Shown here: positions 46,230 through 54,891 of the stretch, one piece after another
Layout: each line of letters begins with the position of its first letter
Numbering within the stretch: the stretch's first letter is position 1
Assembly (NCBI GenBank): GCA_964637135.1
Contig: CAZWTX010000005.1
Coordinates: 62,001 to 124,087, forward strand
Source: an uncultured Methanospirillum sp.
GTDB taxonomy: Archaea; Halobacteriota; Methanomicrobia; Methanomicrobiales; Methanospirillaceae
Direction: 5' to 3'
DNA: 62,087 bases
Program-made: the position numbers and the translations under genes
The notes under the pieces: model-generated
Databases searched by the model: none
Seen by the model: the letters and a program-made list of their open reading frames with translations, nothing else
What the model was told of the DNA's origin: nothing

Positions 46230-47168
46230 TTACTTAGGGGATGAAAGGCCGGCTTCTTCGATCCGGTTCACTGAGATAGATTTATATAAGAAATATCCTA
46301 CCACTCCGAAGGTTATCACGGGAGAAACCCATGTCGGAATGTGGTATCCGAAGCTGTCTATCAGCATGATGCATCCGAGACAAAAAATCGAATACATCGC
46401 ACCATTTTTCAGATACCGGTAATGTTTGATCCGGTCGATATTGCTCACCGTGATCTGCCTGACCGCGATTGCCCCGAGAGCATTTCCGACGAGAATCAGG
46501 GGAACGGAGAGGGTGAATGCAAAAGCACCAAGCACCCCGTCGATCGAGAACGTGGCATCGATAACCTCAAGGTACATGATCTTGCTGATATCCGAGAGAT
46601 CCCCTCCAAGTAGTTTCTGTTCCTGGAGTTCGGCATTCTGCCTAAACCCATGAACGATGAAGAATGCCGTGGACCCGACCACGGCTCCAAATGCCATCAT
46701 CGGCTCTCTCTGGATGGCAAGCCAGACAATCGTCGTGAGCAGGATGGAGACGACGGCAAAGAACCAGATCCCTTTTGACTGAATGTACCGCTCCCCACGG
46801 ATTCCAAAGGTCTTTTCTTCAAGGAATATCCAGTGACAGAAGAGAAACAGGAGGAATGTTCCGCCTCCGATGAGCAGCATCGGAGACGAGGCTTCAACTG
46901 CCTCCCGGATCTCGGGCCGGTCGCTAAACATCGCGGTAAATGCCTCCCATGGAGTGAGATCAGGAGTTGAAAGCCAGACAAGCAGTAACGGAAGCAGGCC
47001 CCTGACCAGAAATACGGCGATAAGGATTCCCCAGATTAAAAACCATCTCCGGAATTTCGGCTTCATCGTGGAGAGCACTTCGGCATTAATGATGGCGTTG
47101 TCAATACTGCAGATGATCTCAAACAGGCAGAGACCTGCAATGATCATGAGAATAGAAAATATATCCAC
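46230..47168 (-). CDS. DUF475 / TerC-like membrane protein
   Basis: EIICSIDNAIINA, YLEVIDATFSIDGVLGAFA, YLKNGA; many TMs. Confidence 0.88.
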   Translation of the reverse strand: MDIFSILMIIAGLCLFEIICSIDNAIINAEVLSTMKPKFRRWFLIWGILIAVFLVRGLLPLLLVWLSTPDLTPWEAFTAMFSDRPEIREAVEASSPMLLIGGGTFLLFLFCHWIFLEEKTFGIRGERYIQSKGIWFFAVVSILLTTIVWLAIQREPMMAFGAVVGSTAFFIVHGFRQNAELQEQKLLGGDLSDISKIMYLEVIDATFSIDGVLGAFAFTLSVPLILVGNALGAIAVRQITVSNIDRIKHYRYLKNGAMYSIFCLGCIMLIDSFGYHIPTWVSPVITFGVVGYFLYKSISVNRIEEAGLSSPK

Positions 47169-47338
47169 AAATCATGTGTGTTTTCAAAAATAATGAATGA
47201 TAGGGTAACAGGGGTTGCAGGAAATAAAACCGGATTCCGGAGTCCGGCTGTCAGGGTTCCACATCTCGCCCTTATCCGCTCTTAGAGCCCGGTCAGATCA
47301 CCAGTAAGATTATTGCCGGTACATGAGTTTATTCTTGC

Positions 47339-47986
47339 ATGGAATACTCACCCGGAGCCATGATCATCGGAATAATACTCATTCTTCTCCTCATTTCGGC
47401 AGGGTGTATTACGCATGAATCACCGGAGGCATCCGGGACACTCACCGCAACACCTGCTCCGGATACCGGAGATGAGGCAGACGGTCCAGTCAGCGGTCCT
47501 AATGATTTGACCGGAGAAAAAACCCTGAAAGGATTTATCGAGGCTACATTCCCTGAACTGACAACCCTCTATAACGGGATTCAGATGAGAAGAGTGGCGC
47601 TTGACTGGACCGGTGTCCAGTCCGGAGCCCACGATCTTGAAATCCGGACCAGTGAGATCATCCAGGAATTCGGCCTTGATCAGCCGCTGCCGGAGAAAAA
47701 GGTATTCCATGTTGAAAACGCACGGGAAGAGATTATCCTGAAGAAATATATCGGCTATATCATGGATACAAACCAGTTTGCCGCGAACCTGAAAGAGGCG
47801 GTATACTGGCAGGAGAAACCGGGAGACCGGCAAGCAGAACTGAATGTGAAACGGTTTCAGGACCTGGCTGATGAATTTGAGAAGAAGATGACTGCCGATA
47901 TCAAGAGTGTCTATGAGTACGGGGAGGATTTCGGATACCAGTATCTCGGGAAAAAAGATGCAGATATATATTCTTTTATCCGGTAA
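47339..47986 (+). CDS. Hypothetical lipoprotein
   Basis: ISAGC lipobox after hydrophobic stretch, Thr/Pro linker. Confidence 0.75.
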   Translation: MEYSPGAMIIGIILILLLISAGCITHESPEASGTLTATPAPDTGDEADGPVSGPNDLTGEKTLKGFIEATFPELTTLYNGIQMRRVALDWTGVQSGAHDLEIRTSEIIQEFGLDQPLPEKKVFHVENAREEIILKKYIGYIMDTNQFAANLKEAVYWQEKPGDRQAELNVKRFQDLADEFEKKMTADIKSVYEYGEDFGYQYLGKKDADIYSFIR

Positions 47987-47998
47987 TCCATTCGTTTT

Positions 47999-48397
47999 TC
48001 AGGATGCGATGACCAGTTCCCCGGTATCCCCGTCTACCTCCGCGAGTGCCCCCCGGGGAAGATCAACCAGAGAAATCCCCGGCCGATCAATCATCGGGAT
48101 CTTTGCAAGGATAGCACCTACTGCGATGATTGTCTCGGCCTCTGTATTAATGATGGCAGCGGGTGCGTGTCCGTTCCGTGCAAGGGCATAGAGAATATAA
48201 CTCCCAACCGTTGACCCTTTTCCGAATTCAAAGGCAAGCACTGAACCGGTAATATCCACTCCCTCAAGGGGATGCCCTTTCTCAATCACAATTCCGGTTT
48301 CCGGATCGACGCCTGACAAAAAGGAGATGGGATCTGGTCCGATAAGAAGTGGCCCCTTCGCCTTTCCACGGGATATTCCGCGACCCTTCAGTCTCAT
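47999..48397 (-). CDS. DUF126 aconitase-X swivel subunit (phosphomevalonate dehydratase small subunit-like)
   Basis: GRGISRG, ISFLSGVDPETG, GKGSTVGSY, APAAII, IPMID. Confidence 0.88.
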   Translation of the reverse strand: MRLKGRGISRGKAKGPLLIGPDPISFLSGVDPETGIVIEKGHPLEGVDITGSVLAFEFGKGSTVGSYILYALARNGHAPAAIINTEAETIIAVGAILAKIPMIDRPGISLVDLPRGALAEVDGDTGELVIAS

Positions 48398-48559
48398 ACC
48401 CAATTGTTACCTGTTGTTCGTATTGAGGTTGTTCATCGAAAGGATAATCCCGGGATGTATCATCAGCCATCACGGACAGCAGGGTCGGCTGAAAGGGAGT
48501 ATGCCGACGACCCAGTATGAGCTGCCTGCTTTATTGCTTCGGAGGTCAATTTCTATTGC

Positions 48560-49720
48560 ATGGACTCTTTAGAGAGTCATATGATATCGGAGCAGTGTCT
48601 GCAGTACCAGATCCGGATACAGGATCTCGAATCACAGAACCTTGAGCTCTCGATTCGTGCAGAAGAACTGATAAAAGAAAATACCGTTCTCAAACGGGAG
48701 AATAATCAGCTGAAGCGAATGCCGCTCTTTGTCGCTTCAGTGGTGGATGTCTTCTCCAATGGCGAAATTTACCTCCGCCAGATGGGGAACAACCAGGAGT
48801 ACATCACAATTATCGCAGATGAACTGCGTCCGCTCATCAAGGCAGGCTCAAAAGTTGCCGTAAACAATGCCCTCTCCGTGGTTAAGGTTCTTGAAGAGAC
48901 ATATGATACCCGGGTGAGAGTGATGGAGCTGGAAGAGTCACCGGAAGTCACCTTTGAACATATCGGGGGTCTTTCCAACGAAATCGAGGAAGTTCGCGAG
49001 GCAGTCGAGTACCCCCTCACCAGACCTGAGGTATTCGAACGGATCGGCGTCGAACCTCCCAAAGGGATTCTTCTCTTTGGTCCGCCGGGTACTGGAAAAA
49101 CCCTCATCGCGAAGGCAGTCGCGCATAATGCAAAAGCAACATTCATCAGGATGAGCGGGAGTGAACTGGTCCACAAATACATCGGAGAAGGGGCACAGAT
49201 GGTCAGGGAACTCTTCACCCTTGCACGGGACCGGGCTCCTTCCATTGTCTTCATCGACGAGATCGACGCCATCGGATCGACCCGGACAAATGACGGAACC
49301 TCAGGCAGTGCCGAAGTACAGCGAACCCTGATGCAACTCCTGGCCGAGATGGACGGGTTTGACAACCGGGGAGATGTCAGGATCATGGCTGCAACAAACC
49401 GGGTTGACATGCTTGATGCCGCCCTGCTCAGGCCCGGACGGTTTGACCGGGTCATTGAGATACCGCTCCCTGACGAATCTTCACGGCTTGAAATCCTGAA
49501 GATCCATACCAGGCGGATGTCACTTGATGAAGTCAACCTTGATACACTGAAAGACCAGACCGCAGAACTGACTGGCGCCCAAATCCAGGCGGTCTGCAGA
49601 GAAGCAGGTATGTTTGCGGTCAGGAAGAATGCATTCCATGTTGCGATGAACGACTTTACCGACGCCATCGCCAAGATCCGGCGTGCGGGTCCGGAATCTG
49701 AAGAGAGGATGTTCCTGTAA
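48560..49720 (+). CDS. pan: Proteasome-activating nucleotidase (copy 1)
   Basis: N-terminal coiled coil, [26 protein letters not shown]-terminus MFL. Confidence 0.92.
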   Translation: MDSLESHMISEQCLQYQIRIQDLESQNLELSIRAEELIKENTVLKRENNQLKRMPLFVASVVDVFSNGEIYLRQMGNNQEYITIIADELRPLIKAGSKVAVNNALSVVKVLEETYDTRVRVMELEESPEVTFEHIGGLSNEIEEVREAVEYPLTRPEVFERIGVEPPKGILLFGPPGTGKTLIAKAVAHNAKATFIRMSGSELVHKYIGEGAQMVRELFTLARDRAPSIVFIDEIDAIGSTRTNDGTSGSAEVQRTLMQLLAEMDGFDNRGDVRIMAATNRVDMLDAALLRPGRFDRVIEIPLPDESSRLEILKIHTRRMSLDEVNLDTLKDQTAELTGAQIQAVCREAGMFAVRKNAFHVAMNDFTDAIAKIRRAGPESEERMFL

Positions 49721-49742
49721 ACCAGGGCATTCCCCGGAAATA

Positions 49743-50183
49743 ATGAAACTCCTGATAATTGGAAAACCAGGGATCAGGATCTTTTCAGAATTTCGTCAGT
49801 CTGAAACCGCATGGCATGCTATCCGTTTTTATGAGCCCGTTGACAGCGGGGAGTATATTTCTCTTATCGTTCCCGGAATCGCCAATGCACTCTCCCTCAT
49901 CGCTGACCTGAAATACTTCATCAGAAAGTATGCAGCAGATACCTTCTATGAATTCAAGACCGGGACCTACTGCACGGTCGGACTAGCCAAGAGTTGGTAC
50001 CAGTCCAGGCACCTGAAATATGATGATACCTGGAAATGGGTACTCATTTATTCGTTTTTCAATGACGGAACCAGTTCAATCGGGATTGCCGGATCAGAAG
50101 AGGGGGAAGGACCGGGAGAGGATCCTGCCGGATTGCGGCTTGAAGTCTGGTGCACCCCTGCCGAGTACGAAGTATTCAGGTAG
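49743..50183 (+). CDS. Conserved hypothetical protein (DUF5804-like)
   Basis: SETAWHAIRFYEP and final LEVWCTPAEY resemble a Methanomicrobia family found next to pan; start at 49743. Confidence 0.65.
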   Translation: MKLLIIGKPGIRIFSEFRQSETAWHAIRFYEPVDSGEYISLIVPGIANALSLIADLKYFIRKYAADTFYEFKTGTYCTVGLAKSWYQSRHLKYDDTWKWVLIYSFFNDGTSSIGIAGSEEGEGPGEDPAGLRLEVWCTPAEYEVFR

Positions 50184-51114
50184 AAAGGTCTTCCTTCAAA
50201 TCGAGTGCGATCTCTGCCGCATCCATGTCCATCCCATCGGTAATCCTGCCGCCGTACATCATCATGATTGCCTGTCGGTCGAGATCTGAAAGGTTTGGTT
50301 TTTCATTTGTTCTCTCAAAGAAAGACTTCGGATCTTCACTTTCTCCGTGGAATCCCATGCTGAAAAGAAGTCCTTTCAGGATGTAGTAATCATACTCCTC
50401 CCGGGAAAGCAGCTCTGAGAGCCAGAGATGATCCTGGTTCACCATTCCGATTAATTTCCCGGATTTCGCTTTCAGAAGATGATCCTGGTCTTTATTTCTA
50501 TCTTCTTCCAGATCTTTTAGCATTTCGTCTGATATGACGCTTATCGTGTAATAGTGATACGGAAGGGGATCATAGTTCTGTGTCAGGAAGGTGAGTCCGA
50601 TTTCTTCCTCTTCGAATTCCATTGTTGCACTGAGATTATTCAGCTCCTGGAGGTACTTCCTGGTCACCGCAATGTCATCGGAAGAATAGGCACGGTCAAA
50701 CCAGACATAATACGGAAGATCAGATTTGAAGAGGGTTATTTTCGGGTTATCAGAACCAAATACAATATCCAGAAGATGGTTTGCAATCCGGATTTTCGTA
50801 TCATCTTCTACAATATTTTCAAGGGGGAAATCATCCTCGTTGAGATCACCCCGGATATAAAGACTTGTTCCGGCGATTACCCCGATAACAACTCCACGAT
50901 CTGCTTTTAAGACCTGGCCCTGCTGACCCATGTTACTTCGAATGGTATCGAGCATTTCAGGTGAGACGATCTTAACATCAAAAAAGGAATCTGGATGAAC
51001 ATCCCCTTCAAATGAGTCGTTTTCTTTCGATATCGCCTCTTCTGCGCCGACAGAAACAATGGCAGCAGAGATGAGAATTACGATACTGATCAGGATTGGA
51101 AACCTGCAGTTCAT
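50176..51114 (-). CDS. Hypothetical secreted protein
   Basis: Signal peptide, acidic 312-aa ORF; C-terminal LLFSMGFHGES...SFF...LSDLDRQAIMMMY is reminiscent of a degenerate zincin-like tail. Confidence 0.75.
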   Translation of the reverse strand: MNCRFPILISIVILISAAIVSVGAEEAISKENDSFEGDVHPDSFFDVKIVSPEMLDTIRSNMGQQGQVLKADRGVVIGVIAGTSLYIRGDLNEDDFPLENIVEDDTKIRIANHLLDIVFGSDNPKITLFKSDLPYYVWFDRAYSSDDIAVTRKYLQELNNLSATMEFEEEEIGLTFLTQNYDPLPYHYYTISVISDEMLKDLEEDRNKDQDHLLKAKSGKLIGMVNQDHLWLSELLSREEYDYYILKGLLFSMGFHGESEDPKSFFERTNEKPNLSDLDRQAIMMMYGGRITDGMDMDAAEIALDLKEDLST

Positions 51115-51191
51115 GGTAGTACCGGTATTACTTCAAAGGTTACAAAAGATGTAGGTTTGCTATTGAGGATATTACCGGTAGCACCCAGTAC

Positions 51192-52430
51192 TCATGCAAA
51201 CATCTCTGATGCCGTGGTAAGACGGTGATCCCGCTCGAAATCTAGACGGAATTTATCAAGGGCCATCATGAAATCCGCGTGGCTGATCTTGGGATGCTCC
51301 TGTCTGATTGCAAACATACCGGCTTCCATGCATATTGCATTGAGATCAGCCCCGTTTCTTCCTTCTGTCAGCCGGGCCACCTCCATCATGTCAGCATCAT
51401 CGGCAAGATTCATTCCGCGGGTATGCACCTTCAGAATAGCATAACGCCCTTCAGTATCCGGCAGGGGTATCTCGATGATGCGATCAAACCGGCCTGGCCT
51501 GAGCAGGGCAGCATCAAGAATATCAATCCGGTTGGTGGCTCCGATGATCTTGACATCACCACGCTGTTCAAATCCATCCATCGCAGCAAGCAGCTGCATC
51601 AATGTCCGTTGCACCTCGCGATCGCCGGATGTCATGGCCTCGGTTCGTGATGCACCAATTGCATCGATCTCGTCGATAAAAACAATGGATGGTGCCTTGT
51701 CTTTCGCCAGGTCGAACAGTTCACGCACCAGCCGGGCTCCCTCACCGATGTATTTCTGGACGAGTTCTGATCCGACCGTGTGAAGGAAACAGGCATGGGT
51801 TTCATGTGCAACCGCCTTTGCGAGGAGGGTCTTCCCGGTACCGGGCGGACCAAAGAGGAGAACACCTTTTGGCGGACTGATCCCGATATTCTCGAAGAGT
51901 TCGGGTCGTGTCATCGGGAGTTCTACAGCCTCCCTGATCTCGAGGATCTGCTTCTCAAGTCCGCCAATATCTTCGTAGGTCTCGGTTGGGAGTTCTTCAA
52001 CCTCCATGCCGTATACCTGGGAGTCGTAACTGCTCGGGAGAACCTCAACAATGGCAAGTGACTGTTGGTTGAGGGTACATCTGACACCTGCCTTGATCTG
52101 GTCAGGATTGACTGACTGGGAGACCCGTACGAGGAACCGGGGTCCGGCACTTGATCTCACGACTACCCGGCTCGTATCAATGATGTCAGTGATGGTTCCG
52201 ACAATCAACGGAGGGGTCTTCAGATGTTCGATCTCACTCTTCAGCTTCCTGACTTCCCGCTCGTATCGGATCTTCTGGGTTTCAATATATCGCTTGTCAG
52301 ATTCCAGTTGCCGTATCTGCTCTTTTAATTCCTGATTCTGGGACTCCATCCCGGACACCCGTTCTATCAGGTACCGGTAGAGTTCTTCAGGCGTTTTCGG
52401 GTCCTCTGGCTGTCGCACTGTATCTGACAT
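51192..52430 (-). CDS. pan: Proteasome-activating nucleotidase (copy 2, more canonical)
   Basis: Coiled coil, [38 protein letters not shown]-terminus MFA. Confidence 0.95.
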   Translation of the reverse strand: MSDTVRQPEDPKTPEELYRYLIERVSGMESQNQELKEQIRQLESDKRYIETQKIRYEREVRKLKSEIEHLKTPPLIVGTITDIIDTSRVVVRSSAGPRFLVRVSQSVNPDQIKAGVRCTLNQQSLAIVEVLPSSYDSQVYGMEVEELPTETYEDIGGLEKQILEIREAVELPMTRPELFENIGISPPKGVLLFGPPGTGKTLLAKAVAHETHACFLHTVGSELVQKYIGEGARLVRELFDLAKDKAPSIVFIDEIDAIGASRTEAMTSGDREVQRTLMQLLAAMDGFEQRGDVKIIGATNRIDILDAALLRPGRFDRIIEIPLPDTEGRYAILKVHTRGMNLADDADMMEVARLTEGRNGADLNAICMEAGMFAIRQEHPKISHADFMMALDKFRLDFERDHRLTTASEMFA

Positions 52431-52479
52431 CGGTCAATTAGTTATATAGGGGTAAGTGACTATATGATGATTGCGAAAA

Positions 52480-52980
52480 ATGCAATGTGAAATGTGTGGG
52501 GCCGATATTAAAGGGCCTGTCAGACGTATCCGTACAGAAGGCACCGAGTTATCTGTCTGTAATAATTGTGTTAAATTCGGTGTTGAAATTCATGCTGCAC
52601 CAAAGACGCCATCAGGCGCAGCAGGCAGAATATCTCCATCCCATGCATCGGCAGTTCCCCCGGCAAGAAAACCAAGGGATTTCTTTGACCAGATGGGTGG
52701 TGAACTCGCTGAAGATTATGCAGAGCGGATCCGGACAGCCAGGATGAAACTCGGGATGACCCAGAAGGATCTCGCACTGGCAATGATGGAAAAAGAACTC
52801 CTCATAAAAAAACTGGAAAAAGGAGAACTGATTCCTGAAGATGATGTCCGGAAAAAACTTGAAAAAGCACTCAGTATATCCCTGCTGGAGAGTACTGACA
52901 TGGACGTTCAGGATCTCCATCACACCCGTCTGACCACGACGATGGGCGATGTGATCAAGATCAAGAAGGCAAAGAAGTAA
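52480..52980 (+). CDS. Archaeal multiprotein bridging factor 1 (Zn ribbon + HTH)
   Basis: MQCEMCG...VCNNCVKFG, IRTARMKLGMTQKDLA, TMGDVIKIK; divergent from pan as is typical. Confidence 0.93.
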   Translation: MQCEMCGADIKGPVRRIRTEGTELSVCNNCVKFGVEIHAAPKTPSGAAGRISPSHASAVPPARKPRDFFDQMGGELAEDYAERIRTARMKLGMTQKDLALAMMEKELLIKKLEKGELIPEDDVRKKLEKALSISLLESTDMDVQDLHHTRLTTTMGDVIKIKKAKK

Positions 52981-53060
52981 TCTTTTTTTCTGCGTGAGCA
53001 GAGATTGATTTATAAAGGGATAAAGAATGCCATGCCATATCATGGCACGGGAACATAACC

Positions 53061-53069
53061 CTTATATTA
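53061..53069 (+). promoter_or_regulatory. Candidate TATA box of the aromatic operon leader
   Basis: CTTATATTA about 24 nt upstream of the leader ATG at 53091, consistent with a nearly leaderless transcript; a second TTTATAAA lies at 53009-53016. Confidence 0.5.
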
Positions 53070-53090
53070 TCATCAGTAGACCTCTGGAAC

Positions 53091-53282
53091 ATGAATATCT
53101 CCCGGATTAACCGGCCTGCGGGTATGCCTGCATGGAGCGGAGCGGACGGGTGTCATTCAGTACCAGGGGATTTGCCCATGCAGAAGACGGACCATAGTCT
53201 GTTGGGGATTAATCCGGATATTTCTGTACGGTTTTTCTTTTTCCTGTTTTTCTTTTCGTATTTTACGTATTTCTGGTGCTAA
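53091..53282 (+). CDS. Putative aromatic-amino-acid leader peptide (63 aa; 34 aa if started at 53178)
   Basis: Ends VRFFFFLFFFSYFTYFWC-stop, 35 nt before the first aromatic biosynthesis gene. Confidence 0.7.
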   Translation: MNISRINRPAGMPAWSGADGCHSVPGDLPMQKTDHSLLGINPDISVRFFFFLFFFSYFTYFWC

Positions 53283-53315
53283 TCGGATCATCCGACACCA
53301 GATTGGAGTGATCTG
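53272..53315 (+). promoter_or_regulatory. Alternative hairpins (SD sequestrator vs anti-sequestrator)
   Basis: TCTGGTG(53272-78)/CACCAGA(53296-302) with inner TCGGA/TCCGA competes with CGGATCATCCGA(53284-95)/TTGGAGTGATCTG(53303-15), which covers the SD GGAGTGA. Confidence 0.6.
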
Positions 53316-53317
53316 TT

Positions 53318-54118
53318 ATGAGAGGTAAAGATATCAGACTTGAAAGAATCATGAACCGGAACACGAAAAAGACCATCATCGTCCCGATGGATCACGGCGT
53401 CAGCTCAGGACCTATCGACGGCCTGATCAACATGGGGGAAGCCGTGAATGCGGTGGCTGAAGGGGGAGCAAATGCCGTGATCGGTCATGTCGGACTTGCC
53501 CTGCACGGGCACCGGCAACAGGGCCACGATATCGGACTAATCCTGCACCTTTCGGCATCAACTGCCATCAGTCCCGATCCAAACGAGAAGGTCCTCGTGA
53601 ATACAGTCACCAATGCAATTAAAATGGGGGCCGATGCCATCTCCATGCATGTAAATATCGGGGCGGATTCCGAGGCACAGATGCTTTCAGATCTCGGCAG
53701 GGTTGCCATCGAGTGCATGGAATGGGGGATGCCGCTCCTCGCAATGATGTACCCGAGAGGGAGAAAAATCACCGATGAACATGACGTCGATCAGGTAAAA
53801 CTTGCCGCACGGGTTGCTGCTGAACTCGGGGCAGATCTCGTGAAGACAAATTACACCGGGGACCCGGACTCGTTCAGGATTGTTACGAAGGGATGTCCGG
53901 TTCCGGTGGTGGTAGCGGGGGGTTCCAAGACCGATGATCTGACCACCCTGACCCTTATCGAAGGAGCAATGGAGGGCGGTGCAGCCGGAATATCCATCGG
54001 ACGCAATGCCTTCCAGCATCCGAACCCTGCTGCATTCGTGCGTGCATGTGCCAGGATCATCCATGAAGGGATGACCGCAGAAGAATCAGTTGAGATACTC
54101 AGGAGTGAAGGATTATGA
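53318..54118 (+). CDS. 2-amino-3,7-dideoxy-D-threo-hept-6-ulosonate (ADH) synthase / DhnA-type class I aldolase, copy 1
   Basis: [40 protein letters not shown]. Confidence 0.9.
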   Translation: MRGKDIRLERIMNRNTKKTIIVPMDHGVSSGPIDGLINMGEAVNAVAEGGANAVIGHVGLALHGHRQQGHDIGLILHLSASTAISPDPNEKVLVNTVTNAIKMGADAISMHVNIGADSEAQMLSDLGRVAIECMEWGMPLLAMMYPRGRKITDEHDVDQVKLAARVAAELGADLVKTNYTGDPDSFRIVTKGCPVPVVVAGGSKTDDLTTLTLIEGAMEGGAAGISIGRNAFQHPNPAAFVRACARIIHEGMTAEESVEILRSEGL

Positions 54119-54891
54119 TCGGAAAAGAGATTCGGATTGAGCGGATTATGGACCGGAACACCGGCAAGACGGTGATTATTCCCATGGACCACGGGATGAC
54201 CCTTGGTCAGATAGACGGATTGCTGAACATGAACGAGACGATCTCCGATGTATCAGACGGGGGAGCAAATGCCATCATCCTCCACAAGGGTCTGGTAAAA
54301 CGCGGACACCGGCGAAAAGGGCGTGATATCGGATTGATAATTCACCTTTCTACCGGAACAAGCATGAATCCGGATCCCAACGACAAGGTACTTACCTGTA
54401 CGGTCGAGGAAGCAATATCCCTCGGTGCCGACGCGGTATCCATTCACATCAACCTCGGGGCAGCACAGGAGTCACGGATGCTTGAATCAGCTGGAAGGGT
54501 TGTTCATGACTGTAACCGGTGGGGAATTCCGCTCCTGGCAATGGTTTACCCGCGGGGCAACGGGATAAATCCGACCGATCCGAGGCATGTTGGTCATGCG
54601 GTCAGGGTAGCCGAGGAACTTGGGGCAGATCTCGTGAAGACGAATTACACCGGGGATCCCGAATCGTTCAGGAAGATCGTTCAGGCATCTTCGATTCCGG
54701 TTCTGATCGCCGGAGGAGAGAAGGCCGGGGATCTCGAAACCCTTCAGACCATTCGAGATGCTGCCCACGTATCCTTGTGCTCGGGCGTATGTATGGGAAG
54801 AAATGCCTTCCAGCGGAACGATGTTGCAGCCTTCGTATCAAAGGTCTGCAGGGTCGTTCATGAAGGAACCGATCCGGAGTCGCTTGCATGA
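54115..54891 (+). CDS. ADH synthase / DhnA-type class I aldolase, copy 2
   Basis: [40 protein letters not shown]. Confidence 0.9.
   Translation: MIGKEIRIERIMDRNTGKTVIIPMDHGMTLGQIDGLLNMNETISDVSDGGANAIILHKGLVKRGHRRKGRDIGLIIHLSTGTSMNPDPNDKVLTCTVEEAISLGADAVSIHINLGAAQESRMLESAGRVVHDCNRWGIPLLAMVYPRGNGINPTDPRHVGHAVRVAEELGADLVKTNYTGDPESFRKIVQASSIPVLIAGGEKAGDLETLQTIRDAAHVSLCSGVCMGRNAFQRNDVAAFVSKVCRVVHEGTDPESLA

Noticed and set aside
48282..48473. 63-aa minus-strand ORF (MADDTSRDYPFDEQ...) overlapping the DUF126 start
   Set aside because: Out of frame with DUF126, which is complete on its own; no motif or other support
48769..49674. Long antisense ORFs opposite pan, groEL, gyrA, asd and aroC
   Set aside because: Typical shadow frames of conserved, codon-biased genes
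53091..53317. T-box riboswitch as the explanation for the aromatic operon leader
   Set aside because: No T-box consensus (AGGGTGGNACCGCG-like) or recognisable stem I motifs; the in-frame aromatic codon run fits a leader peptide better
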